From Podarcis filfolensis (lineage: Eukaryota): a stretch of DNA of 64,000 nt. Below the pieces are notes generated by a model. The model did no database searches, was not told the DNA's origin, and saw only the letters and a list, made by a program, of their open reading frames with translations. This document shows, in pieces, positions 13,513-25,577 of this stretch. The translations under genes and the position numbers were made by a program. Every line of letters begins with the position of its first letter. Within the stretch, counting starts at the first letter, position 1. Location of the stretch: assembly GCA_964270895.1 (NCBI GenBank), contig OZ185435.1; one strand, written 5' to 3'.

Positions 13513-16500
13513 CCATACATGTTGCATCTAGAGTCATCTTTATGGTTGTGATGGCAACTAAGCTTTCCCAGCTCCTATACCTGTGGATGAAGCTTCAACA
13601 TTGGGGGTAGACCCAGCAGTGTGGCTCTGCTGTCTGTCACAATGTGGTTCCCTCAAGTAACAAATGAAGGGGCCTCTAATTAAAATATGATGCTACCTTA
13701 TATGGCAGATCATAGGATCTAAGCTCTTCATGGGCTCTGACAAAGGACCTTTCAGACTCTAATACCTGAGATTCATTGAAGTGGAGGTGCTAAGGACTTA
13801 ACCTGGGCTTTCTGTATTCAAAGCATGTGCTCTGTGCCCTCCTGGATCAAATTTGCAATCTGATTTGCTGTGAACTTGCATACTGATGAGTTTCACACAT
13901 TTTAAGCTAATGCAAGTTACAATAACAATGTATGAAATATTGGCCTTTGAAATAATTCATGGGGAAATTTCCGTTAGCAAAAATTCAGCCACGGCTCTTC
14001 TGCCAGTTTAATTATTTGAGACCCCTTTAAAGCAAAACTTGCATATACTGTATTTGAAAAGTTTAACTTTTTCTTAGGAAATCATCCTAGTGAAAGTATG
14101 TTGTATGTAACAAACAAAATGTCTTAAGTCCATTTATGAGCAAAGAACGGAGACTAGCTGTCAAGATGTCCCCCCCTCCTTTTTTGTATGTGTGCTATAA
14201 CTGCTACTTTGACAGCTCTGTGGAGGTGTAAAGGATTGAAAAATGTAAAGGATAATAAGGCACATTTGCTGTGGAACTGTTCAAATAATCATATCTAGGA
14301 GAGGTAGGGTAAGTAGAATCTTGGTGGGAAAAATAATATGTTTTTATAAATGTGATCTTACCCATTATTTCTGTTATCTCAGAGGAAAAGCAAAGTGCAA
14401 TGAAATAATAGCAACTTTTGGAAGTATATATGCTACTCTGTGTGCACCTCTCTTAAATGATTGTGACCCAAATGTGAAAAGGAGTGTTGTATACACAGTT
14501 TCTTGGGCTGGATATCTGCTTCTAGCATGGGGTTCCATGCGCAGTAATCTGAATATTATGTCCGCAACACTGACCAAATAACCAGAACGGTCACCTCTTT
14601 GGAATCAGCACTGTTTAACTGGACAGTATCAGCAAGTGTCCATTATGACTATGACAGCTGTTATCATATAGATATATTTTCTATGTGTAATCCACTGCTA
14701 GCTACTGTCAAGCACATAGACTAGAATCTCTCTTGACACATCATAGCAGGCTGATAACCCATAACAATGGCGCTGAGCGTCACAAGTAGCAGAACTAGGT
14801 GAGAATGGGGTGGTAGAATGGGCTATATCACAACAGTGCAGGTAGAGGATCCTACTTGGGATGCTTTGCTACATTTTTTTTTAACTTCCCAATAATTGAA
14901 AGCTGAACATAGCTGATCTAGAATCATTGTGCCTGTCAATTTGTGTGTGTTGATACTTTTTAAGCTATTGCTGTTGCTAAGTTGCAAGGTTATGCTTTCA
15001 AGTATGGTTGAGCACCAAAAATGGCACCCCCATTTGCAGTCCAAAATGGTATAGTCTGCTCAACTACCTCAGAATTCCATTTCCACATTCTTCTGTTGCA
15101 TCTGTAGCCATGGAAGCTGTTTGCAGAAGACTCCATAGTTGAGTGTAACATGAAGTGCAGCCATACATCAGGCTAAACCAAAGCTTTAATACCGGTAGGT
15201 GGTGGGGATGGCTGAAGAGAGAATGCCCTCAATTACCTACCTGCCTGCCTGCCTACCTGCCTGCCAGAAGAAGAAGAAGAATGTATGCTCAGTCACATCA
15301 CAGCATATAAACCAACAAGTGGACCTCTCTCAAAAGTGAAAAAATGTCCTTAAGACAAAGCTGAGAGGGGATATTTCAGGGCCTGTAGACACTGTTTTCT
15401 CAATGATGGTTTCATTGTTTATGAGTCAAATACTGCAAAGCCATAACTCCAAGACAAATGATACTATTATAGTTATGCGTCATGCTGTGAACAGTGTGGT
15501 GGATATTTCTACACAATTCATTTCAGGAAAATGAATCAGAACAGCTAGACTAAATATGTTTTTCTTTCCTTGTTATAATAATGAGTTCTTATTACGGTAG
15601 AAACCTTCATTTATCAATGCAGAAAGAAAAGAATTCATGAAGGAGAATTTCATAATTATTATTATTTGTCTTTCATAAATAATAATGAGCTTATCTTTGC
15701 AGCCATGATAGTTCAAACTTATCTTTTCCCATAAATCCTGCTCCGGGTAACCAAATTTTTAGAGAATTTTCCATTTTATTCATCACCCCAGTATTATTGT
15801 TTGAATAAATGCCAGTATGTGATTTGAAATACAATTATGCTATATCCATGCTAAACAGTGGCATTAATGAAGTTGCTCTAGCACATATTTAAATTGCAGT
15901 GGTGTCTTTAAAAAAACCCCGTACCTGGCAGACCCTTTATACACAGAAATTGATTTTCAAATCAGATGCATTATAGTTTTTTTCTGGAAAAGATGTTGCC
16001 TGGTTCACGAGGGATCAACGACCCTTTTCATGTAAATTCTGTTAAAATTTTGTTTCTATTCTCCCTATATTTTCATTTACTGAACCTGAAAAATTATATC
16101 ATGACATGTTAACCCAACATATAAACTCACCTACTACCTGTGTGTGCAGCATCCTCTGTCCTCCCTTCACTTGAGCTAGCAAACAAACCAGGAAGTCTTC
16201 AATTAATTAAGGTTTCCCATTTCATCCAAACCACCTATTTTTTTTAAAGAACCCAGATATTAAAACAACTTTGAACTCTAGTTTAAGACTCTGGCTTGCT
16301 TTAAAATTCTGCTAATTGTAGTTTCTCATTTGGATGAAACAGGAATCTTTAACTGATTGAATACTTGCTGGCTTATATGAACAGAAGTGCAAAAGGGATG
16401 CCTACATATTAAGCCATGATACGATTCCAAACTGTCCTACTGTCAGCTAACTCCCATATTTTCTTGTCTCAGAGGTCCTTTATTGGATTTCCCCCTCATT

Positions 16501-17927
16501 TAATTATTTAGTATATAAACACACATAAAAATCCAATTTGTTAAGGTTTCAGTTATCTCATGTAAATGCTTTACATTCACTGGACTGCTAATTGATTTGT
16601 GGATTTACATCTGTGAAGTCTACTGATTTCATTAGGGGTGGGGATTGATCGTTATATTGCATGAAAAAAGTATACTGCCTTACATCCCTTGGGTTCTTAT
16701 AGAGCTGAAAGTAAATTTAGTATTCAGATGAAAAGTCTCAAATTTGAACTTGCACTTTAATGTGGACATATTACCCCAACATTTGAAATTCACAAAGTTT
16801 AGATGGTGGTTTTCTTGATTTTCTCAGGCTTTAAATATAAGGTCTCATATTTACTGCCAAAAAGGATACAACCATTCACATGCAACTAAGATAATTACAT
16901 GTCAGCAACCACATATTAAATAGTATTTTGATGCTAACCATCAAATACTGTCAAAATCCATACACTAGTGATTTTCAAATTAACTTCTGGTGAGCCCTAG
17001 GTTCTGTGGAATATTGCCAGAGATTTGGTAAACCAGAAGATCAGTAATGGTGGAGAAACTTCCCTAAAAGACCACAACTCATCTGCAATGTGTAGCCATA
17101 GGGGCACATTTGCAGTACAAATTGGAGATCGGAAGGCTTAACAGTATCCCATGTGAACAGAGTGTACATCCAAGATAATCTCCCAGAATCCTCTACAACA
17201 TGCAAGCGTTCTGTGGCAGACAGACTTTCCTTGGCAATCCAGTCAGTTCAGCAATGTTCTCTGAAGAGAAAAACTCTGAATACCTCTAAGATCTGTTGAT
17301 GTGTATCAGCTATCAGTACTAGTAAACACCATCACTTATCAAGTATTATATGCTGCCAAATATCAACTGTCAGATATCAAGAACTGAAACCAAATTTCAT
17401 TGGTTGTTAAATACGGATGCAAAATACCTTATTCAAGGATTCAGAGAATATCTTGCAAATGTTTTGCATAAAAATCCTCACAGGACAATTTAAAGGAGAA
17501 TTCTAGAGTAAATTAATTTCATCTCCCATTTCTTTGTGCAGCAACCCTCATATCAGGGGAAGATGCAGAAGCAGCTCAGATGCCGGGGAGATTTAGCACC
17601 TGCTTGCTAGTTAACAGCCCCGTATCCTCCCACTTGTGTGTCATTTAAGAAATAGGCCTCATAAAATTAAAGATACAGTGGAAGTAGAGGTGGCAATGCA
17701 GGGCAATTCTCAATAATTAAGAATGAAGCAAGAAGTGGAATTGATATTCCACTTAATAAGGACAAATCCTGTTGCACAAGCAGCCTTCCTTTCACATGTG
17801 GTTTGGATACAAACCTTTATATTTACTGTACATGAGGACAGGACCCCTCCTCTTCTTTCTTTTGTTTTTTTTAAATTTAAAAATGGTGTTATCCAACTAG
17901 ACTGGGTGGGATAGGACAAGTTGGCCA

Positions 17928-18069
17928 TATGCTTTGCATGTAAATTTTTAGGCTCAATCCCTGGCTGCTTTTATCTGAAACTCTGATGAGCTGCTGCTAG
18001 TGTCAGTGCATATACTGAGCTAGATGGACCAAGAGCCTGATACAGTAGAAGGCAGCTCACCACGTTCCT
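17928..18069 (+). mobile_element. tRNA-Ala-derived squamate SINE, decayed
   Basis: tatgctttgcatg...ctcaatccctgg head remnant and tail atactgagctagatggaccaa...aaggcagct...gttcct, shared with other copies in the window. Confidence 0.7.
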
Positions 18070-18429
18070 CTCTGTGATCCTTGTACTGTGGGGGCAAGCA
18101 CAACTGAAGACATTAGGACTTCTTTCCAAGCAAACGTGCCTGTGGTTGTGCAGGTTGCATATATGTGTAAATAAAACCATATATCTTAAAGACACCACAG
18201 TCTCTGCAGTGCCTTATTCCCAAAAGGAAAATCAAGCCCTGGGTAGCCCTGGAGACTTGCACAGCTGCGGCAATTGGGGTGCCATGTCAACAGTATTTTA
18301 CTTCTTCTACCACTGCATCACATACATTATTTCCAAGCACTTCTAGAGCATGATGGTTTAATTATATCAGTAGTGGACCTTGGTAAATTTGTGCCCTGTG
18401 CGAGACCAAAATTTGAGCAGGACCCCAGC

Positions 18430-18610
18430 CCTCGTGCTGCCTTCCCAAAACCGAGTAAGGGAGGAACAAGGCTTTGGGAAGGAAGCACGAGGCTTTGGCA
18501 TGATCCTAGAGCCCTCCCACCTCCTTCCCAAAGCTGCAAAAGCACTAACTAGGCTTTGGGAAGAAGGAGGGAAGACTCTAAGACCCTGGCTTACTGGGCT
18601 TTGAGAAGCC
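18430..18610. repeat. Unclassified repeat built from the GGCTTTGGGAAGG motif in both orientations
   Basis: Motif or variants at 18470, 18491, 18552 and 18597 (+) and 18440 and 18523 (-); an 18/19 copy at 37740-37758. Confidence 0.55.
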
Positions 18611-18670
18611 TCCCCCTTTGACTCAGTGACCAGTACTTGTGTACCGCTTGCATACCACTAAAGCCACCCA

Positions 18671-18916
18671 TACAGTGTTACCTCGGGTTAAATACGCCTC
18701 AGGTTACATACGCTTCAGGTTACAGACTCCACTAACCCAAAAATAGTGCTTCAGGTTAAGAACTTTGCTTCAGGATGAGAACAGAAATCGTGCTCTGGCG
18801 GCGCGGCAGCAGCAGGAGGCCCCATTAGCTAAAGTGGTGCTTCAGGTTAAGAACAGTTTCAGGTTAAGTACGGACCTCCGGAATGAATTAAGTACTTAAC
18901 CCGAGGTACCACTGTA
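18671..18916. mobile_element. Tc1/mariner (pogo/Tigger-like) MITE with TA TSD
   Basis: TA|CAGTGTTACCTCGGGTTAA ... TTAACCCGAGGTACCACTG|TA; 19-bp TIR with 1 mismatch; near-identical copy at 55929-56158. Confidence 0.93.
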
Positions 18917-20541
18917 GATACTTATAGCTCTGTAGGTGCAATGGGATCAAAGCATCTACACCTATACAAAGGATTGCATCTGCTTCCTGTTAGAGATGAG
19001 CATAGTAATTCAAATATGGGTTTGCTTGTTTGTTTTCTTTCTTGAAAAGAAACAGATTGGATGGTTGGGGAAGTTGCAGTTGCCAAGCAAACATGGCCAT
19101 GCCCTTCTCCTGCTGTCTTGAATTAGGATATAAACCTTCAAGCCTGATCCGAAGCATTTTTCATTGATTTAACTTAGTCAAGTTGCCCGGCATCTACAAA
19201 CAGTGAACCAATTAAGAGGACCTTACTGAGCAGAGCAGAGCAGAAAAGAACAGAAGGAAGCATACAAGATGGATGGAAACTGCACCCAAATCCTAGCACT
19301 CACAAGACGACAACAAGTAAAGGGCAAAAAGGTCATTGAACAAATATTTTAATAATGCTTTATTTGAAATTCCATCAGTTACACATTATTAGCTCTGCTG
19401 TGCTGCAGAAACACAGGAGGGATAATGTGAAGTGCCTTATTTATAATACAACAAACCGCAGCCCCTCCGGGGCATACATCGCCCAAACAATTGTATTTTG
19501 CAATTCATTGCTACATTTTCTGAAAGTCAGCACCTCCCCATCTTGCTTTATGTGTGGTCTAGCAAAGATGATAGAAAATATGGATCCATCTGAAATCTAT
19601 GGAAGCACTGCAATTTATGTACCTGGGAGCTGCAGCCTTTTATTATGCAGATCTCACGAATAGTTATTGGCCAGGGACTTGGCTCACTTACAATTAACAT
19701 TCCTGATGATATAATAAGAATGCATAATAATAATCATTGATGTGACTCTATGGCACCATTCCAACAGTGTTGGAGAAAGCATCTGACAGGGGCAAAGAGT
19801 ACTGGTATATGAGGTCTCCTCTACACCCACACCCCAAACCACTTGAACATTTTCAGTATTTCTGTCCTCCCCCCCCCACCTTCCCCATGCAAAAGGGCTG
19901 AACCTAAAGCAGAGGGAGAGGGTAAGAGGAAATGACAAGGGCTAACTACAACATGGGAAAGGGACCACAAGACCTCGCCTTAGTTGGATTTTCAGACTAC
20001 AAGCCCCAGGATCAGCAACATGTGTTATTTCAAGCAAAGGGGAGTCCTATCCTGTACTCAGCTCTCCCCACCACCTGTTATGCTCTCTCTCTTGCCCCCA
20101 CCTAGAAAGGAAGATAGAACAATTGCTCTATTGGGAAAGCCAGAGACAATCATTCTGAATTGACAAAATCTCTCTGATAAGACTGAGCAGTGAGAAGTTC
20201 TGCGGCACTGTAAACCGAAGTGCACAGTTTGTATTGGCAAACTCACTGTGTAAGCAGATTGAACTGTAAAAGCATATGGGCAGAAAAGTTTGAACATGAA
20301 ATATTTGGCTAAGTAGAGGGAAGGAGGGAAGGAACGAGAATTCTAGGGAGATCCTTATTACCCATGATGACTGAAGTAAAATGTAAAATTAGTTTCTCCT
20401 CCTTTTTCTTCACTTACAGGCTTGTTGAGGCAGCGGTAACCAGCATACAAATGGCTGGTGACAATCACACAGGGGCACCATTTGAGACAACTGCCATGGC
20501 ACATCCATATGACCATGAATTCTCTGCTGTGATGGCTGATA

Positions 20542-20563
20542 TGATTTATACAATGATTGGCAG
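20542..20563 (+). promoter_or_regulatory. Adjacent PBX-HOX (TGATTTAT) and PBX/TALE (TGATTGGCAG) motifs in a candidate enhancer
   Basis: atgatttatacaatgattggcagc inside a unique, transposon-free stretch; motif match only. Confidence 0.35.

Positions 20564-20568
<5 letters not shown>

Positions 20569-20628
<60 letters not shown>
20569..20628 (+). repeat. Compound (CT)24(GT)6 microsatellite
   Basis: Read directly from the sequence; source of ERERER/LSLSLS in the ORF track. Confidence 0.95.
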
Positions 20629-21819
20629 TTAGCCTCATCAACCAGGCAAACTGCAGAGGCTGCATGTAGCGTTCTCTGGGTGGACAATCTGCCAGTTACA
20701 TTATCTGTAAGTTGTAATGTATAAATTGAAATATTTTTCAGTTCACAAGTCATGAAAAAATGGTGTACATGCATGAGTGGTTCTAAATATTCTTTCAGGA
20801 GACTTCAAATGTGCCACATTTGTTCCAAAGCTCACAGTTTCTTCCCCCGCTCTTAGCTACAAACATTGCATTATTTCCCCATATTTCTATGGTCCAATCA
20901 TGGGAGATGTTTAATTTGTCTTTAAAGTACAGTTCAGAGCCATTAAAATCAAAATGAGTCTTCCCAAGGAATTTGATGTCAGCGTCGTACCAGCATCCTC
21001 TCTTTCAATGCTATGTTCAGTAGTTTTATGAAGCCAAAACCTTTCATGTTATTCTAGGTTAGCTTCATCTTATAAGGTGAGGGCAAAGGAATAGAAATAA
21101 ATAATAAAAAACCTCAGAGAAGCTTGCTTATATTTACTTGAGGTGCATTGTTACTATGGCGTTTAGCACATTTTAAGCTTCACTAGGAATAGGACAATCT
21201 TGTTCAGAGTCAAGTGGGATGCTGACATTTGGCTGAAAGCGCTCTTAAGCCAAGAGCTGATTGTGTTTCCAAAGCTTACTCATACACCATAAAAGTAGTC
21301 AGCACTTCAAAATTATATTGAAACAATTTAAAACAGAGCATGGAAAACAAGGTCACGGTTTTGCACATATCGGGAAACATGGTATATTTCTGGCAAATAT
21401 AAGGCAGATGGTTTCAAATGCAAAGAAAACAGAAGCACGTCATTTGAACATCTCCATCCAGTTATACTCGTAATCAAGCAAGCCATAAGCCTGGCTGCAG
21501 TTTTTCCAAACATAATTTGCTGTCCAAGTGTCTAACATTAGGCCATTTAGAGCCTGTCCAGAAGAAAACTCCCCCTACACTCTGTCTAGCACAAATATGC
21601 TAAACTGGAAAAAGAGAAAGCCTGAACACTGAGCAGTTTCAGCATTTAGAGGTACATTTCCCATACAGATTCCATATAGCGCTTCTGCTGCCTACCATAC
21701 AAATGGGCTGGGAATGGGAAGGGACCAGCACAAGATGAGGTGTCTGTTGTGCATGTCATCTGTGTTCATGGAGCTGTACAAATGGGCTAGCAACACTTTC
21801 TGTACTGTATTCTTCTGCA

Positions 21820-21992
21820 AACTCAGTAGTAGAGCACCTGCTTTTTCCTGCAGAAGGTCCCATGTGCAAATTCCTGCATCTCCAGGAGAGAACCTCACCT
21901 GGAATCCTGCAGAAGTCACTATCAGTCTGTGTAGATGATGCTGAGCAAGATAGACCAGTGGGCTGACTCAGTATAAGGCAGCTTTCTATGTA
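21820..21992 (+). mobile_element. tRNA-Ala-derived squamate SINE, near full length
   Basis: ctcagtagtagagcacctgcttt...gcagaaggtcccatg...gcatctccagg head similar to tRNA-Ala(TGC); tail gactcagtataaggcagctttctatgt. Confidence 0.8.
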
Positions 21993-22013
21993 ACTGTGCC
22001 TATTTTTACAGAA

Positions 22014-22198
22014 AGGACACAGCTGAGTGATAGAGCATCTCCTTTCCACACAGAAAGTCTCAAATTCAATCCCCGGCATATTCAGCATATTCCCCCTCCA
22101 GATTGCAACTCCCATCATCCCTGACCATTGGCCGTCCTGGATGGGGCTGATCAGAGTTGGAATCTGACAACATCTGGAAGGCCACAGGTTCCCCACCC
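22014..22198 (+). mobile_element. tRNA-Ala SINE head (22014-22085) followed by a hAT-like palindromic MITE (22093-22198)
   Basis: agctgagtgatagagcatct...aaattcaatccccggcat, then ccctccagattgcaactcccatcatccc...aacatctggaaggccacaggttcccc. Confidence 0.6.
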
Positions 22199-22485
22199 TT
22201 ATTGAATGCTCTCCCCGACTCTGACGTCCTTTCATGGATACCAGGTTACCTTGTTACCTTCCAAAACATTTGATTTAATTTATTATATGATTAATTGTTT
22301 AACAGCTGTTTATTCTGCTGTTTTGTTTATTTTATTTAAAACAATAAAATAAACGTTTTATTTTGATTTGTAAATTGTTCTGCAAACTATTTTACACTGA
22401 CATGAGGGTGGAGGGAAATTCAACCAGAAGGTCAAACAGTTAATGTATTTGAGAGCTCTGGATACTGAAATTTCATAACTATCAA

Positions 22486-22708
22486 CACAATCCTATGTAT
22501 GTCTGCTCAGAAGTAAACCTTGGTGGATTCAATAGGACTTGCTGTCAAATAAGCATGCATAACAGGGGCCTCCAACATGGTGCCTTCCAGATGTTTTGGA
22601 TTGTGATTCCCATCAGCCCCAGTCAACGTAGTTGGGGTGGATCGTGATTGCTGTCCAAAACATCTGGAAGGCACCAGGTAGGCTAACCCTGCCGTATAGG
22701 ATTGCACC
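22486..22708. mobile_element. caatcct...aggattg palindromic repeat interrupted by a hAT-like MITE (22563-22691)
   Basis: Host halves cacaatcctatgtatg...aagcatgcataa and ...gtataggattgcacc flank caggggc...ggtgccttccagatgttttgga / tccaaaacatctggaaggcacc...ccctg. Confidence 0.7.
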
Positions 22709-23522
22709 TTAAATAGAAAATGGCCTCAGCCCCATATCAAAGCAGTCTGCTTGTTTACAACTGTGACATTACCTACTTTGAGCACAGCTTCCTCCTCAGT
22801 GATAGACAACCCCTGTGAAACCCTTTGAACTGTAGCCGTAGGACTCTGGAAAGAAAAACTTCTTGTGAAAGACGTTATGTTCTGAAGCATAGGGAGAGGT
22901 AAATCCCTGCACATATTGCCTGAAGCTAAATTTGCATAGACGGATGACATGTTCGCTGCATCCCTAACAGCACCATCTATTGGGAGTTCACAGGATTTCG
23001 CATATGCTTACTGCTTTTCAAGGGGTATTATTTCAAACAGGTTTAAGTGTATTTTAAATGTCTAATGGTATACTTGTGGTTTGTTAAACAACACTTCAAG
23101 TTCTCTGGATTATGGGTGGGGAAGGATTACTAACTAGAAAGGTTGAAGAGAAACAGCTGTACAAGCTTTGTGGGTCTTTAAGAAATCATTGTTATGGATA
23201 CATGCCTACAACAGAGGTCATGCGGAGTTTAGTGTTCCACAAAAACATGTTTTTGAACACTCCAATGAAGTGCTATATTCAAAGTACACTGGGTACAATC
23301 CAATGAAAACTAGAACACACCTAAATCCTCTGCAAGTCAGTGTAGCTTGTGTTCGTTTTTGTACTGAAATCTCATTAATTTCAAAGGAATTGCCAGCCTG
23401 AGCCTAAATATAAATACTTGGAAGTAAGGGCCAAGCTATGCATTCAGAAATTTCACATTCCGTAGCCCTCTTGTTGCCTGTCAGGGAGAAGGATTCTAGC
23501 ATAGTATGTTCCCTAACATAAT

Positions 23523-23840
23523 GGGAACACATGAAGCTGCCCTATACAGAATCATACCTAGCTCAGTATTGTCTGTGCCAGTGTTCCCCAAACTCTCCAG
23601 CTGATTTTGGACTACAGTTCCCACCATCCTTGACCACAGGTCTTGCTAGCTAGGCATGATGGGAGCTGTAGTCCAAAAACAGCTGGAGACCCAAGTTTGG
23701 GAAACAATGGTCTACGCTGACTGGCAGTGGCTCTCCGGTGCTTCAAGGAGGGGCCACTTCCAGCCCTACTGAAGATGCTGGGGACTGAATCTAGGAGCAT
23801 CTGCATACAAACTAAATACTCTGCCACTACAGCTCTTCCC
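23523..23840 (-). mobile_element. tRNA-Ala-derived SINE carrying a nested MITE
   Basis: gggaacacatgaagctgcc...gctcagtattgtct and gactggcagtggctctcc...cagccctac...gatgctggggactgaa...ctgccactacagctcttccc are reverse-complement SINE segments. Confidence 0.8.
23579..23709. mobile_element. Palindromic hAT-type MITE with degenerate 8-bp TSD
   Basis: TIRs cagtgttccccaaact / agtttgggaaacaatg; flanks gtctgtgc and gtctacgc match at 6/8. Confidence 0.85.
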
Positions 23841-24054
23841 CCAAAGAATAGCCCACCCTCCTTGCCGGGGTGAAGTTTTGGTTGATGTTGTTTTGTTTTT
23901 TAATACACACAAACTTAAATACATTCAAATCGAAAACCACTCGTGTATTTCAGAGAGGTTTGATTCAGGAAGCCCCTGTTGTCTATGATATTTTTTAACA
24001 TAGCCGTTTAGAATGTTGGTTGCCTACTCCAGTGATTTCAATAGGACTTAACTC

Positions 24055-24140
24055 ATTTATTTATTTATTTATTTATTTATTTAAAAAGGATACTTACTAC
24101 TGCACTCCTCGACCCACCAAACTTTCTCTGGGAGTGAACC
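24055..24140 (-). mobile_element. (ATTT)n tail with probable L2 3' remnant
   Basis: (ATTT)7 followed by ttactactgcactcctcgacc...ctctgggagtgaac. Confidence 0.4.
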
Positions 24141-24321
24141 AATTAAACTGGCAACACCAGCCATCGCACTGGTCCCAGCTGCTTTCAAGGATGGTGCTTG
24201 CAATCAGTTAACTATGTTTTACAGTCAACTCCTGGGGGGGGAAAAAACATATTAAGGCTAAACTAATCTGATCAGGGATCAATAGTAAAGGTGTTGTGTT
24301 GCGTGTGTGTTTGGGCTCATT

Positions 24322-24604
24322 GAAACTTCTTAAAATATTACAAAACAAAATGTTTTGTAATGTGAAATTATGATGCTGATTTTTAAATAAGAATGTGATT
24401 TCTTAAGGTATTTATAGGATAAAGAAGTGATCATGGGAATGTGAAAGATATGTTATAGGCTATAGGGATGTCAGAAAGAGAGGTAGAAGGAAGTCAAAGC
24501 TCACTTTGAGCAAATAAGATGTTGTGAATATGTGTATTGAATTAAAATGAAATATGGAAAAATTCAATAAAAATTATGTTAAAAAAAAGAAACTTCTTAA
24601 AATA
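24322..24604 (+). mobile_element. 5'-truncated L1-type retroposition (body 24338-24588) with perfect 16-bp TSD
   Basis: GAAACTTCTTAAAATA at 24322-24337 and 24589-24604; AATAAA at 24566 and an A8 tail at 24581-24588. Confidence 0.85.
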
Positions 24605-25224
24605 AACATCTAGGAGGATGTAGGCATTTTCTTCCAAACATCCCATCAAGTAACTAAAGCCAATGGAGCCATGTGCTTCCTCACACTTGTAGCCTATATT
24701 GAACTGGTAGATTATTACCAGTCTTCAATGAAGCGTAAACAAGCATTCATGGGCAAGCAAGGCTTAATCTTTAATTATGGACATCTATAGATCACAGTGT
24801 AACCGATGGACAGTGGCAAGCCGAAAGTTCAGCAGAACAAGAGTTTGCAAACAAAGGCTAAGTCAAACTGGAACAAGATGTGCTGTTTTTGTGATCATGG
24901 ATAGTTGCATTTTGTGAAAATCTGAAAAACTGTAGCAGCTGTAACTGCAGAGTTAAATAGATTTTCATAGAAATAGTTATCTTGTATGATTTATATTCAC
25001 CATCATCTAAAATGATATGGCAATTGACTTCCTTGCAGTGGGATGTCATATATATATGTGGCCTGAAAGTCACATACCTGTTAATGTTGAATGTGAAGCA
25101 GCGTCCAAAAACTCCAGTTCATTTTTGGATTGTAGTAAAGGGGGGGGGGGCTATAAATATTGTCTGTTGTCATAAGTGGAGAATGTTTGAATTAAGGGAT
25201 CATTGTGTAGGTAATCTGAATCCC

Positions 25225-25385
25225 AGTGTGGTTTAACAACCAATCCCTCTTCACAGGGAACTCTGGGATTTGTAGCTCTGTGAGGGGTATAGGGATCTCC
25301 TAACAACTCTTAGCACCCCTAATGAACTACAGCTCCCAAAATTATTTAGGGGAAGCCATGACATACTTTAAAGGTATGGTGTGAT
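25225..25385. mobile_element. Squamate interspersed repeat (gggaactctgggatttgtag...gaactacagctccc family)
   Basis: Internal inverted ctgggatttgtagct / actacagctccca; ends ggggaagccatgac. Confidence 0.5.
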
Positions 25386-25549
25386 TTTGGCCTATGACTA
25401 GTCTGATTCCCACACCTCACCAGCTGTGTCTTTGGGTTGTTAGTGTGGCAATCCTATATTTAGTGTTATGAGCACTACGCAAAAGGGTTAAAGACTGTCT
25501 TTTTCTTAAAAGTGTGCTGCTGTGTAGACAGCTGAGATAGAAAATGTTT

Positions 25550-25577
25550 AAACAAACAAACAAACAAACAAACAAAC
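25550..25577 (+). repeat. (AAAC)7 microsatellite
   Basis: Read directly from the sequence. Confidence 0.95.

Noticed and set aside
20358-20774. ORFs with ERERER / LSLSLS runs (also HHHHH at 2827, SQSQ/ARAR at 7619-7841, THTH at 58313)
   Set aside because: Products of microsatellites lacking stop codons.
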